Shown here piece by piece: positions 10,899-22,968 of a stretch of DNA of 64,000 nucleotides. Origin of the DNA: Picochlorum sp. SENEW3 (lineage: Eukaryota); contig CP120462.1 of NCBI GenBank assembly GCA_034226945.1, positions 310,001-374,000 on the forward strand, written 5' to 3'. How positions within the stretch are numbered: position 1 is the stretch's first letter; every line of letters starts with the position of its first letter. The position numbers and the translations under genes are program-made. A model generated the notes under the pieces. The model was not told the origin of the DNA and did no database searches. It saw nothing but the letters and a program-made list of their open reading frames with translations.

Positions 10899-13800
10899 AT
10901 GCTGGTAGACCATAGAGCATCGTGTATGATCTCATCTGTTGACTCGAACTGTAATTTTTCTCGTGACAAAGGTACTGTATATCTAAAGAAAGTTTCTGGG
11001 TTTCTGCGAAGACGTGCTGAGGACAGTTGGCGAAGAGGCTCTGCTCCCTTCCTCAGAGCGAGGAGATTTCGTTCTCTAAAGGGCCGTGGTGTCCGTCACT
11101 TTGAAAATCAAGGGGTAGTAAACGCGAGATCGATGGTTGATATGCGATCTTTGGCGAAGAAAACGAGACAACTACGTTCTACCATAGAAAATGTGGCTCA
11201 AGGTCTACCTGGTGCGTGCCAGTCATCATTTTGGCAAGAGAGGAGATGTTCAAGTCGAATACACGCTATGGGAAGATGGGATCAGAGCGAATCGATCAGA
11301 AATGTGTATAGCAAGGGGGCTGCTGGATCATTGCAAGGAGATGGTATGTCCCAACAAAGAAAGTATGGGGACCACACAAGCAAGCTGAGGCCATCTATTA
11401 GGGATCACAGGGATATGATCCAGGGCATTCAGGAAAAGAATGCCGAAGAGCTGAAAAGGCACAATACTATATCAAGGAGTAGAGCCAAATTGCGTTACGA
11501 ACAAAAGATTCGAAGAACAGCAGCAGGGCGTCCTCTGCATGATGACATGCCTGTGTCAGGCAACGCAACTCTACAGAAACATGATAGTATTCTCACAGAG
11601 AAAAAAGAGACTGGGGGAGAGCAGGATTCATTTGGTGGATCAGTGGGAGTTTTTGTGCCATCTACAAAGAAAGTAAAGGAGACAGAGAAGGAAAGCCATG
11701 TTGACAAGCCTGAGCCAAAACGATCACGTGATAGCAGGACAAGAGTGACACCTCGAGTCAAAAGAGAAGCGATGGCTGTTACATCCCTATCCGACGATGA
11801 GTCTGGAGGTGCTTTTGATGAAATAATTGACGACGATGCGATCAAGAAATTTTATCACAATGAACCTCCAAAGGACGTGCACGTGGTGGATAATCTCGCA
11901 GAAGCCAAGCGTGTTGCTGCGATTTTGATGGAAGAGGAAATGCAAGGGAGGACATTTGCATGTGATACTGAGGTGATGGGTATTGATGTTACTAGGGAAT
12001 CCCCATGCTGTCATGGAGTGGTGACATGCTTCTCTATTTATTGTGGATCGGACGTTGATTTCAGTCAAGGTAGTGTGACAGGTGAGAAGAAGACAATGCT
12101 GTGGGTTGATACATGGCTGAATGGCGAGGATGCGAGAGCAGAAGAGGCTATGAATATCATGAATACTTTCAAGCCTTTTTTCGAGTCCAATAGCCATAAA
12201 AAAGTTTGGCACAATTATTCATTCGATAGGCATGTGATGGAAAGAATGAGAGTGAAATGCAATGGTTTTTATGGGGATACAATGCATATGGCAAGGCTGT
12301 GGGATTCCTCCAGAACAGGAAGAGGAGGCTACTCTCTGGAAGCCCTAACAAGTACGTATATTTTAGATTACTTTGTGCATAATCACAGGCATAATGCCCG
12401 GTATTAAATGATTTTTGCAGCTGAAGAAGATCTTATGGGACCTTTGGATATGACGGATGCCAGAGGCAAGATATCAATGAAGAAAATTTTTGGCAGGCCA
12501 AACATAAAGAAAGATGGTACAGAAGGCAAGCTCATAATTCTCCCACCCATAGAAGAGCTCCAGTCATCCGAAGAGACCCGCTGGGATTGGATTAATTATT
12601 CAGCATATGATGCCAAAGCCACCTGGGAATTGCACGAGGCCTTGGTTTTAAAATTGATGGGTATCTACACAGCACCAGATGCATATGTTAATCGTGCTTA
12701 TCAACAGTCTGGGATTGAAATCAAGAGCCTATGGGACATTTATTGCCATGTTTGGAGACCTTTTGGTGATTTATTAACAGATCTTGAGGCATATGGAGTA
12801 GCTGTTGATGTCGACCATCTCTCACAGGCTGAGAAACAGGCGACAGAGGAAGAAGCAAAGTCTAAAGCAATATTCCGCGAATGGGCTGCTTCTAAAGTTC
12901 CTGACGCAGCCTACATGAATGTTGGAAGTAGTAGCCAGGTGGTTCAGCTATTGTTTGGGGGTGCCAAGAACAGGAATAAGGACAAGCCAGGGGTGCCACT
13001 CTCAAGGACGTTCAAGGTCCCAAACATGTTGCCACCTGAAGATGGTAAAAAACCCAAAAAGAATATGGATATCACCATACACAATGTATGGAGCAAGGAT
13101 GTGCCTACTAAGCTGGTTCCTGAGATTTACACTCCAGCTGGTCTCCCAGGATGCAGCACTCAAGTCCTCAAGACAATGGCTGGAAAGCCAGGGCGGGCAA
13201 GAAAAGCTCTTGCGCAACTTACAAAAGACAGAAAAACTGGTGAAGAGGGCATCGAATCAGTCAGAAGTGATTTTGACGATGTATGGTCAACTGACGATGC
13301 AGAGATTTCAAAATTGCAAGAAGGAATGAACTTGGCCAAAAAGGAAGAGCCAATAGAAGTTTTGGACGAGATTGCAAAGCAACAGGGCTTTGGAAGACTT
13401 TTCTCTCTTTTCGGAAACCGAGAAGAAGGTCTCAAAGCATGTGCTGCGGTAGATTCTTTAATTGATGCATCTGCCATAGATACTCTTCTCTCCAACTTCA
13501 TAGTGCCACTACAGTCAGATGCCATTTTGAAATCTGATTCATCAGGAGTCCAGCGGGTTCATTGTTCGCTAAATATCAACACCGAGACAGGTAGGCTGTC
13601 AGCCAGACGACCAAATTTACAAAATCAGCCAGCTCTCGAGAAGGATAGGTATAAAGTTCGCCAAGCATTCACTGCAGATAGGAACAAAGGGAATACTCTC
13701 ATTGTGGCAGATTATGGGCAATTGGAACTTAGAATCCTAGCACACATGGCTAACTGCTCGTCAATGATTGATGCATTCGAACTAGGAGGAGACTTTCACT

Positions 13801-14483
13801 CTAGAACAGCTCTCGGTATGTATGATCATATCAAGAAAGCTGTCGACCAAGGAGACTGTCTGCTTGAATGGGATGAAAATGAAGGCAAAGGAGAACCTCC
13901 AGTCCCTCTACTCAAAGATATGTTCAGTGCTGAGAGAAGACGGGCGAAAGTTTTAAACTTTTCCATTGCGTATGGCAAAACCGCTCATGGGCTGAGCAAA
14001 GATTGGGGTGTTACTCTGAAAGAAGCTGAGGAGACAGTGGAACGATGGTATGCCGAACGAGCAGAGGTAAGAACTTGGCAACACGAGCAACATGCTCTGG
14101 CTCTCTCTGAGGGCTATGTGTGTACTATTTTAGGCCGAAGAAGGCAATTACCTGATGCAAGGAGTAAAAATAAGGCTCTCAGAGCCCACTCTTTGAGAGC
14201 AGCTATAAACACCCCAATTCAGGGATCTGCAGCCGATGTTGCAACAGCTGCCATGCTTCGCATCAACAACAACCCAACTTTGCGGCAACTAGGCTGGAAA
14301 CTCTTGCTACAAGTTCACGATGAAGTGATTCTAGAGGGTCCAAAGGAAAGCGCAGAGGTAGCTCAAGATATTGTGATTGAATGTATGAAATCACCCTTTG
14401 GAGACGACTGTGGGCCAATGCCTTTACGTGTCGAATTAAGCGTTGATAGCAAATATGCAGATACTTGGTACGATGCAAAATAA
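10899..14483 (+). CDS. Organellar DNA polymerase I (POP type); intron 12352-12420
   Basis: 3'-5' exonuclease ACDTEV and KVWHNYSFDRH; polymerase motifs ADYGQLELRILAH, AKVLNFSIAYG, LLQVHDE; A|GTACGT...TGCAG|CT joins the two ORFs in frame. Confidence 0.95.
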
Positions 14484-14520
14484 CCTGACAAATTGTAATA
14501 TCTGAAATGTTATTTTTCAC

Positions 14521-15750
14521 ATGAAAAGAGCTTGCAAAGTTTGCGGCAAGGACGACTCAGCTTTACGTCTGTCCAAATGTAACGTACCATATTGCTCGCT
14601 TGCCTGTTACAGACAGCATTCTGCTTCCTGCACGTCTACTTTCGAAAAGTAAGTTTTCATCTCATGATAAGAAAATAAAATACCTCGCTAGCGGGTCTTA
14701 TGTAACGATCCACTCGATGTCTGCAGTGAACAAGTCCGGGAAAACCTGAGCAGCGTGGTGTCTACTCTCGATGACCAAATTCACATGAAGGATGTCCTCG
14801 TGCGATTGCACAGGCAGCACCTAGAAGATGAGTCTATCTCTGTCGATGACGAGGATGAAGCTGTCGGCGGAATACCGTACATCAGGGCAATGGCATTTGC
14901 TGAGGGGAATCTCAAACTGGAGGATTTGACAGAAAGTGAAAGAGAGTCCTTGCACACAGCTGTCTATTCATCCCTCGATGGTCATGATTGCATGGTTAAA
15001 GCTTGGTCACCATGGTGGGAGAGTCAGGAGGCAAAGGACATGACTCTGACAGATCAAGGGATGCCTGTTGTCCAAGATCTTGAGCCCACTGGAGCAACAA
15101 GCGAGGTCACGTGCTCCCTTCCAAAGGCACCCGAAAGTCCATTGCCTGCTTTATCTAGTCTAACATCTAAAAATCCGTCACCGCTATTGATGTACCATCT
15201 CATTGACTTGGTTTTCTGGTATGCTCTGGCGCTAAGGCTCCTGAATGGTGATTTCGAATCTGCTGAAACTGATGTGGTATGCCTCCTGTTGTCTTGTTCC
15301 AAAGCCTTGACTCCAGGAAAGCAGATAACCGAGGACATTGGACTTGAAAATGTCATCATCGATATCCTCCAGACGGCTTGCACAGGTGTTAAACCATACT
15401 TTGGAAGCATACCCAGGGGAATGGCAATCGGAGCAGTCAGGGATGTAGTGGGCATAATTTCATTAGGTCGCACTGGAGTCATTTTGGCCCTCTCAGATCT
15501 TCTGCGAACAATTTTGCGAGGTGAAGTTGATTTAATAAACAATGGTGTGAATGAAAAGACATCTTCCGGAAAGCAAACGCTTGCAAAATTTGAGAGAAAG
15601 TTGATATTCATGCTGGCATGGGCCAATGAAAGCATCGATGAGGATTCAAAACTTTTAGTATGCACTGGACTTGACTCAATTTACAGACAGCATATGTCAT
15701 CTTTAGATAGTGAGAATAAATCTGATGATATAGTATTGACAAATAAATGA
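14521..15750 (+). CDS. Zinc finger HIT domain protein (ZNHIT2-like); intron 14649-14726
   Basis: Exon 1 MKRACKVCG...KCNVPYCSLACYRQHSASC; AA|GTAAGT...TGCAG|T is in frame with ORF 14755-15750; WSPWW and RKLIFMLAWANE. Confidence 0.8.
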
Positions 15751-15761
15751 TTGTACACGTA

Positions 15762-17072
15762 TTAAACCAGACCAAAGGTCAAATCATGAATGTTCAAGCT
15801 TGTGGCAACAATCAGGATGATCCACCCACAAAAACACATAGAGATAAGACAAAACTTTTGAATAATCGTAGATGTACTCCAAGAAAGTTTCAAATACGCC
15901 ATAGTGGGTAGGAGAAGGCTGACGAAAATGCTACAGAATCCACCAACAAGGCCAATCACCGAACCAACCTTTTCTCGTAATACAACAGCAATAGACAGTG
16001 CGACACAAGTAATAATCAGTTTGTACGACATATGTCGATGATGCCCATTATTTTTCACTGACGACATAGTATCCAGCATGACCATGACCAATGCAGGCAA
16101 CTTTGCAATGGATGATACAAGCACAAGTGCTGAAAGCAGCACATGAACCTGGACAATGTGCCACGGCCACGGGCTCTGAGAGTCTGCTGAAAAAGCAGAA
16201 TGATACACAATATCTGACAGAACAATGGGAGATACTTGATCACCCCAATAGTAATAGCCACATGACGAAATCGCCACATATAAAACTCCCATGGTAACAA
16301 ACGACAACATCACAGACTTTGAAAAATGTACCAGAGATGATGACATATCCTTTCTCACAGAAGCAAGCGCTGTATGACCACTCAGTGAAGTAGAAAATAT
16401 CGACACCGACCTAAAAACTCCAATCCAATTGAAGATATCGTAAGAAACATCCCCATATCCAGATGGTATATACTTTTTCTTTGGATCTCCAACAGCAAGT
16501 GCTGCAACCGAGAGGACCAGACACAACGTTGCCAAGACAGCTACAAAAGAAATATGTCTAAGAGATCGTAGATCTGGAAGCAACAAGAGCAATCCTGTGA
16601 TAATACAGAACAAGGCAAGTGCTACATGGAACTCGTGATGACTAATGACGGTTGACATCAGAAATTCCAACTGCTGGAGACAGACAATAGAGCACAAGAT
16701 CATATTTCCGCCGAGCTCTAATTGCATCATCGTATACAAAATCCTACCAATACCCAAAATCTCACCAAGTTCATACAACGGGGTGAGACCCTCTCTTCTA
16801 GTTTCCAATAGCCGAAACGATCTAATCATAAGTACAGAGCTGCAATAAAATAGCAAGCACATGCCAATGAGCAGCGTTTCGGCAAACCAACCCCCTTCTG
16901 CCACAGCATACGGGAGTGCCAAGATACCCAGCCCAGCATAGATGGATACTATTATGTACACTGTGTGGAAAACCGAAGTGTTCTCAGCTTGCCTTTCTAT
17001 GTTCTCAGGCTCCAGAAGCGCCTCCTCTAGGGTTAACGTGGCCGTATCCCTGCCATCTAATTCTGAAGGCAT
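15762..17072 (-). CDS. Amino acid transporter, AAAP/AVT-like
   Basis: GLGILALPYAVAEGGW; about 11 hydrophobic segments; GYYYWG; IGLVGG..SIFVSLLLP. Confidence 0.85.
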   Translation of the reverse strand: MPSELDGRDTATLTLEEALLEPENIERQAENTSVFHTVYIIVSIYAGLGILALPYAVAEGGWFAETLLIGMCLLFYCSSVLMIRSFRLLETRREGLTPLYELGEILGIGRILYTMMQLELGGNMILCSIVCLQQLEFLMSTVISHHEFHVALALFCIITGLLLLLPDLRSLRHISFVAVLATLCLVLSVAALAVGDPKKKYIPSGYGDVSYDIFNWIGVFRSVSIFSTSLSGHTALASVRKDMSSSLVHFSKSVMLSFVTMGVLYVAISSCGYYYWGDQVSPIVLSDIVYHSAFSADSQSPWPWHIVQVHVLLSALVLVSSIAKLPALVMVMLDTMSSVKNNGHHRHMSYKLIITCVALSIAVVLREKVGSVIGLVGGFCSIFVSLLLPTMAYLKLSWSTSTIIQKFCLISMCFCGWIILIVATSLNIHDLTFGLV

Positions 17073-17444
17073 TTTAATTCTATAATTGATGCAATTCGAT
17101 ACTTTTCTGCGCAATTGTGGCGTTATCCGTCTCAATCAGGGATGAATACCCTTGTGGTGTCATAGCGTCTCGCACAGTCTAGCCCCCTTGTCAAAGCACC
17201 CAGATGCCAGGATATTGTACATCAATGTATCTAGTACGTGGCACACATCCAATGAAATATATGAGAACACCCCATCGCGAGTACTGTTATTGCTCATGTC
17301 ATATTTGAAGACTCGTAATCACTCTTTTGATTTGGGTGGCAATGGGTTCAAACCTGACTCATGTTTGAATTTGTTCCTTCATCTTGGGGCATTGTGATGA
17401 GAAATAAGGATACGATTTAGGAATAAATAATGCTACGAACAACA

Positions 17445-19050
17445 ATGTATAGGTTTAAATGCATCCTTATCGCCATTTGCCTTGTCCTACGTGGGTACCC
17501 ATGTCACGGGCACTCGATCCTCATCCAAGTATGGCATTCTATTTCATATCGAACGCATCTCATAATTTGATTGGGTTTATTGTGAATCGGTTCAGGGAGG
17601 GACTGTGGTGTCGGCTGACTCTATGGAGGAGGCTGACGTTCTTGTGAGGGACGGTGTTGTGGAGGAGGTCAGACAGGGCATACCGGTCAATGGGGTCGAT
17701 GAGATAGTGGATGCCTCGGGAAGGTATGTTATGCCTGGGGGTATAGATCCACACACACACTTGTCTATGCCTTTTATGGGCATGGTTGCTTGCGATGACT
17801 TTTACAGTGGACAAGCTTGCAGCACTGGCGGGGGAACAACATTTCATATTGACTTTGCATTACCTGTCGATCACAATCTGATGGCAGGGTACGAAGAGTG
17901 GAGGAGGAAATCTAAAGACTCTGTGATGGACTATGGGTTTCATATGGCAGTGACATCTTGGAGTGATAAAGTAAAGAAAGATATGGAAACATTGGTCAGA
18001 TCTCATGGCATCAATTCGTTCAAATTCTTCATGGCCTATAAGGGAGCCCTGATGGTGACTGATACAGAGCTTTTGCAGGGATTTTCTCAGTGTAAAGAAC
18101 TAGGTGCCATTCCTCAAGTCCATGCAGAGAATGGGGATGCTGTGGCACATGGTCAGGATTATGTGGTGAATTCATTGGGGGTGACAGGTCCAGAAGGGCA
18201 TGCGATGTCTCGACCTGAAGTATTAGAAGCTGAAGCTACTTCTCGGGCGATACGGTTGGCAGAATTCGTTGGGTCTCCATTGTATGTTGTACACGTCATG
18301 GGGAAGCAGCCTGCCGAAGAGATTGCAAGGGCACGCTTTCGAGGTAGCCGTATTATTGGAGAAACAGTGACGTCTGCAATCAGTCTCAATGAATCAGTAT
18401 TGTGGAATTCCAATTTTACGGAAGCTGCAAAATATGTCATGAGTCCACCTATTCGATCAGCAGAGAGTGGGGCTGCAGTCAAGGCTGCCCTGGCAGGAGG
18501 CATCTTGCAGCTTTTGGGGACCGACCACGCCGTATTCAATAGTACTCAAAAGAAAGCTGGTATCAGGGATTTCAGAGCGATCCCTAACGGTGTGAATGGA
18601 ATAGAAGAGCGGATGCATGTTGCATGGGAAGAACTTGTAAATTCTGGTGCCATGTCCCCCATGGATTTTGTGAGAGTGACGAGTACAGAGGCGGCCAAGA
18701 TTTTCAATATTTTCCCTCAGAAAGGCACAATAGCGCGCAACTCGGATGCAGATATTATCATATTTGACCCAAAGGTGAGACACACTCTTCGTGCTGCCAG
18801 TCATCACTCCAGAATGGACACCAATGTGTATGAGGGTAAAACAATCACAGGAAAGGTCGTGACAACGATCAGCCAGGGTAGAATTGTGTGGAACAATGGG
18901 AAATTAAATGTCAAGAGGGGTGCAGGGCGATTCATTCCTCTTGAACCGTTTGGAAGCATGTATCATGGAGTCCACAAGAGGAACCTTCATGATGGAGAGA
19001 GTCTGTCAAAACAATCCGGATCAACAGTCCATGATATCTCAGAACTTTAA
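17445..19050 (+). CDS. PYD2: Dihydropyrimidinase; intron 17529-17595; N-terminal signal peptide
   Basis: PGGIDPHTH, GINSFKFFMAYKG, VHAENG, GTDHAVF, PNGVNGIEERM; exon 1 MYRFKCILIAICLVLRGYPCHGHSILIQ splices to GGTVV. Confidence 0.93.
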
Positions 19051-19090
19051 TCTATATAATAATTATACTCTATTTAATGCCACGTTCGAT

Positions 19091-19859
19091 ATGTTTGGTG
19101 CAAGATCATGGAGCATCTCCGTCTCGGCACTGCATGGGCTACACCGTTTGTGCTCTGCTGGGGGAAAGCAAAGAAGATTTCGACATCTTAAGACCCAATC
19201 AATCCGATCAGCAAATATAAATTCAAGTGTACGTATGCATATCGATGTAGATCGTCCTCTGAAGAAATAGTCTGAGTACACCCTTCCTGTGGTATACTAA
19301 GTTGTATGAATCATGTAACCTTGTGTAGGCTTCAAGTGGGATGAATCCCCTCTTCAAATCTGCCATCATATCAGGATCTTTGTCGCTGGCTGGTGATCTG
19401 GTGGCTCAGCTCTTGCAGAGGATGGCTGGTGGTACAGCAACAGAGTATGACATATTTAGGGCAGCCAGGATGGGCTCATTTGGTCTTTTCCTGTACGGTC
19501 CCTATCAGCACTACTGGTACCGTGCATTAGATAGAGCATTTAATGCTAGAAGCACTAAAAATTTTGCGATTAAAGTGCTCATGAATCAGACATGCCTTGC
19601 TCCCATAGTAATCTCAGCTGTGTTTGCATGGACCCTGGCTCTGCAAAATAAGCTTGACGAATTCCCAGAAAAATGCAATAGGGACTTTAAGAATACATTG
19701 TTTACTGGGTGGAAATTCTGGGTACCGGCATCCAGTATCAACTTTGTCCTTGTGCCACTTCAGCATCAGGTGTTGTACATGTCCTGCTGCGGTGTGGTTT
19801 GGACTGCTTTCCTGTCCTATTCTAGTTCTAAGCAAAGCAAAGCTGTTAATGGGAAATAA
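19091..19859 (+). CDS. Mpv17/PMP22 family membrane protein; probable intron 19229-19328
   Basis: GDLVAQ, GPYQHYWY, KVLMNQ, GWKFWVPASSINFVLVP; phase-0 GTACGT..TAG intron adds an Arg-rich presequence. Confidence 0.85.
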
Positions 19860-19879
19860 AATATTACATATAGTGAATT

Positions 19880-20941
19880 TCAAACAGAATGTAAAAGTTT
19901 TTCAATATCAATACCATTGGCTTGCAGAATATACAAAATTGTTAAAACTGTTCCATTCCATGTTCCGTGGATTATCATAGGTGTGAGTAAATTACCAGAA
20001 CGGACGTATGAAAATCCTAGTAGCAGGCCAAGAGCTGTCAACTGAGGTGTGTCTCTTGGGGAAAAATGTACCAAACCGAATGCCACAGAGGACAAGACAA
20101 CAGCCAAGGGAGTTGGCATATATTTTGCCAGAGAGGGCAGCAGAAAACCCCGAAACACTGTTTCTTCTAACAAGGGTGCTAAGATAGCCGTTGTGCCGAA
20201 CAGACAGGCAAATGTAACCTGATCCAAGGAAAGAATTTGAGAGATGGCATCTGCTGTACCCTTGGCCTGCAAATCTTCTGCTCCTATTGCCTCCCATATG
20301 CTAGACGCCACATATACAATCTCAGGAGCTAGAAGAATTCCTATCAGAGCCCAGACAAACCACCCATCGGGTTTTCTAAATGGTCCTTTCATGTCCAACC
20401 GAAGCATAGAAGGTTTTGCATTGTACCATGCACCTGCTGACGTCGTGATGATGCCTATACCTACGATAGTCTCGACAATCTGATTAATAAGAGCAAATTC
20501 AGCCTTTTGCTGCTGGCTTAAATCCATAAACCCCCCTGGTCCCCCAACAAGCTTGGCAATAGGCAGGAAGGTCAGTCCAACCAGCAAGAAGGACGCCCCC
20601 CACCCAACCATTCCTAGAACAGAATTCTTAAGGCCCCATGGTGCCTCTAAAGGTACTGCATATCTCTGAAGATCAAAGAATTTGTACGATGTGTCAATAT
20701 CATTCTCAATTTCAGCCTCAGCCACAGACTCTTCATGTTCTGGTACAGCCCAAACAACGCTCTTCTGCTTGTCGGTGACCAAATAACGCTTCACAAATAT
20801 TCCATGATTCTTTGAATGATGGCGTGGTGCCCATCGATGTGTTCTGGTGACGGAAGCGTGTCGGGTGGTTGTGGCATATGCCACGATACCCCCTTGTTGG
20901 AGAAAACCACTCGTTTTACCACAATATGCCATTATACACAT
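19880..20941 (-). CDS. CPBP/Abi (CAAX protease-like) membrane protein, probably plastid
   Basis: APLLEETVFRGFL, FGLVH, IHGTWN; transit-peptide-like N-terminus. Confidence 0.9.
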   Translation of the reverse strand: MCIMAYCGKTSGFLQQGGIVAYATTTRHASVTRTHRWAPRHHSKNHGIFVKRYLVTDKQKSVVWAVPEHEESVAEAEIENDIDTSYKFFDLQRYAVPLEAPWGLKNSVLGMVGWGASFLLVGLTFLPIAKLVGGPGGFMDLSQQQKAEFALINQIVETIVGIGIITTSAGAWYNAKPSMLRLDMKGPFRKPDGWFVWALIGILLAPEIVYVASSIWEAIGAEDLQAKGTADAISQILSLDQVTFACLFGTTAILAPLLEETVFRGFLLPSLAKYMPTPLAVVLSSVAFGLVHFSPRDTPQLTALGLLLGFSYVRSGNLLTPMIIHGTWNGTVLTILYILQANGIDIEKLLHSV

Positions 20942-20962
20942 GCATGTAAATAATATAATAAT

Positions 20963-22762
20963 TTAAATTAGAATTTTGGACATGTATGGGCCATCCAATT
21001 CAAAACCCAGCTTTCTATAATAATGTCTGGTCCCTACACCTGCAATCACGGCTAGCTTGGTGGATTTATGTTCTTCTCGAGCAATCCTCTCTGCCTCCTG
21101 CATCAGAAGAGTTCCATATCCTTGGTGCTGCCATTTCCCTGCATCTCGCAAATGGACACCTACAGCAGTTCCATATACATGGAGCTCTCGTACCATGGAA
21201 ACACGTCCATGCAGCTGAGGTTGCCGAGTCTTCTGTTTCCCTGCCAACTTTCTCAATCGCAACAGACCCACCAAGATATCCTGCCTCGGATCTTCATATG
21301 CCAAAAATGTTTCCCATCCTCCATTTGCTGCATAGTCTCGTCTCACCAATTCTACCTCCTCTGGCTTCACCTTTTGGTGAATATCTTTAATGCCGACTTC
21401 CCTGGTCCGGACATCTCTGCATCGCAGTCCAAGCTCTTTGCATCGTGCGAGTGCCAACTCTCTCAGATTTCCTTTCTCAACACCGCTTGATACTAGCGGC
21501 ATTGGTATATCTCTCTGGATCCTGTAAATTCTAACCCAGGGAGGGATCAATGCGAGGCACCTCGCAACAAGGTCCACCAATTTATGAGGCTCGTAATTCT
21601 TATACAAGCCCTTTTTCCAAAGCTCATACAATCCAGTACCTCGAATCACAAGAGTCGGATATACTTTCAAACCATCTGACCTAAATGCTGGATTCTCAAA
21701 GAACTCTGTAAAGGATTCAACATCCCTCTCCCATCCAACATTGGGCAGATCTGGCATAAGATGCGCAACAACTTTAAATCCCGCATCTTTAGACAGTTCA
21801 AAACATTCGCCGACTGCTGCTACAGTGTGGCCTCTATTTGTATCTCGGGCGACATCCTCATATGTGCTCTGCAGGCCAATCTCCAGCCTTGTACACCCAT
21901 ACGACAACATGGCTGACAAATGAGGGGTGAGACAAAAGTCAGGTCTTGTCTCAATCGTCATACCAATGCAACGAGTAGAGCTCTGTTCCGAAAATGCCAC
22001 AGCCTCTGCTACATTTTCAGACGAATGACCAGACAAGGCATCGTGCAAGTTCCTAATAAAATAATCCCTATACTCTGCAGGAAGAGACATAAATGTGCCC
22101 CCCATCAGAATAAACTCCACCTTGTCTACAGAGTGCCCCAATCTTCGCAACTGATCTACTCTCGCCCTGGCTTGAATATATGGGTTATATCGAGCCCTGA
22201 TAGCCCTCATCGATGTAGGCTCATATCCAGTATAACTCTGTGTCGAGTATTCAAAGTCTGAATCAGGCCCCCCCGGACAATACACACAAATGTTACCAGT
22301 CGTTGCAATATGAGGGCATCGATGCGGTTTCGACATGACAGCCACCACCGCAATGCCCGACGCAGTCCTGATCGGTTTTGCCCTCAACTGGGGAAGCAGA
22401 GTCGCCCTGTGTTCCTCAGGAAGTGCTGCAATGATCTCTACCAGCTTTGGTAACCTTGCGAGGGAGTATTTCATACCAACATGTTTATTTAATGTGTTAA
22501 GATTCACATCCTTGCCGGATGTGATGCTCTGCACGAGAGCATTGACAATGTCCGAAATTGCTCGCATGCGAGCCTGCAAAGCATAACAAACCACCTCATC
22601 CTCCACTGAAATCCTTGAGACATCCTTAATCTAATACAATAGTCGTACCTCGCCCTCACTGTATACAACATGGCCACGTTTGTTCTTCTTAGGGACATAG
22701 GTGGTCCGGTGTCCCACCGCGAGCCCTTCCTGCTCTCGAATCGATTCAGTCTGTAGACTCAT
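20963..22762 (-). CDS. ELP3: Elongator complex protein 3; exon 1 22762-22649, intron 22648-22574
   Basis: Radical SAM motif [18 protein letters not shown] motif [32 protein letters not shown] splice. Confidence 0.97.
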
Positions 22763-22968
22763 GCATATATATTCCTACTGACATTATTTTGAATCCATCT
22801 CAAGGCACATGCAGGCATGGAATGCCGCGAGAACAATCATGTCGACTTGCCGTATCAAATTGGTTGGATTGGAATTTAAAAATATTTTGGTCCACACCAT
22901 GATCTCTGTGCCATGTGACCTGATCTCGCTATTCCAAAGTATCTACAGAATTTTACAAGGATATATTG

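Noticed and set aside
12352..12420. Split or frameshifted DNA polymerase
   Set aside because: Explained by a canonical 69-nt GT-AG intron; the same applies to the split IF-2, DBR1, seipin, LMBR1, AP4E and PIGO ORFs
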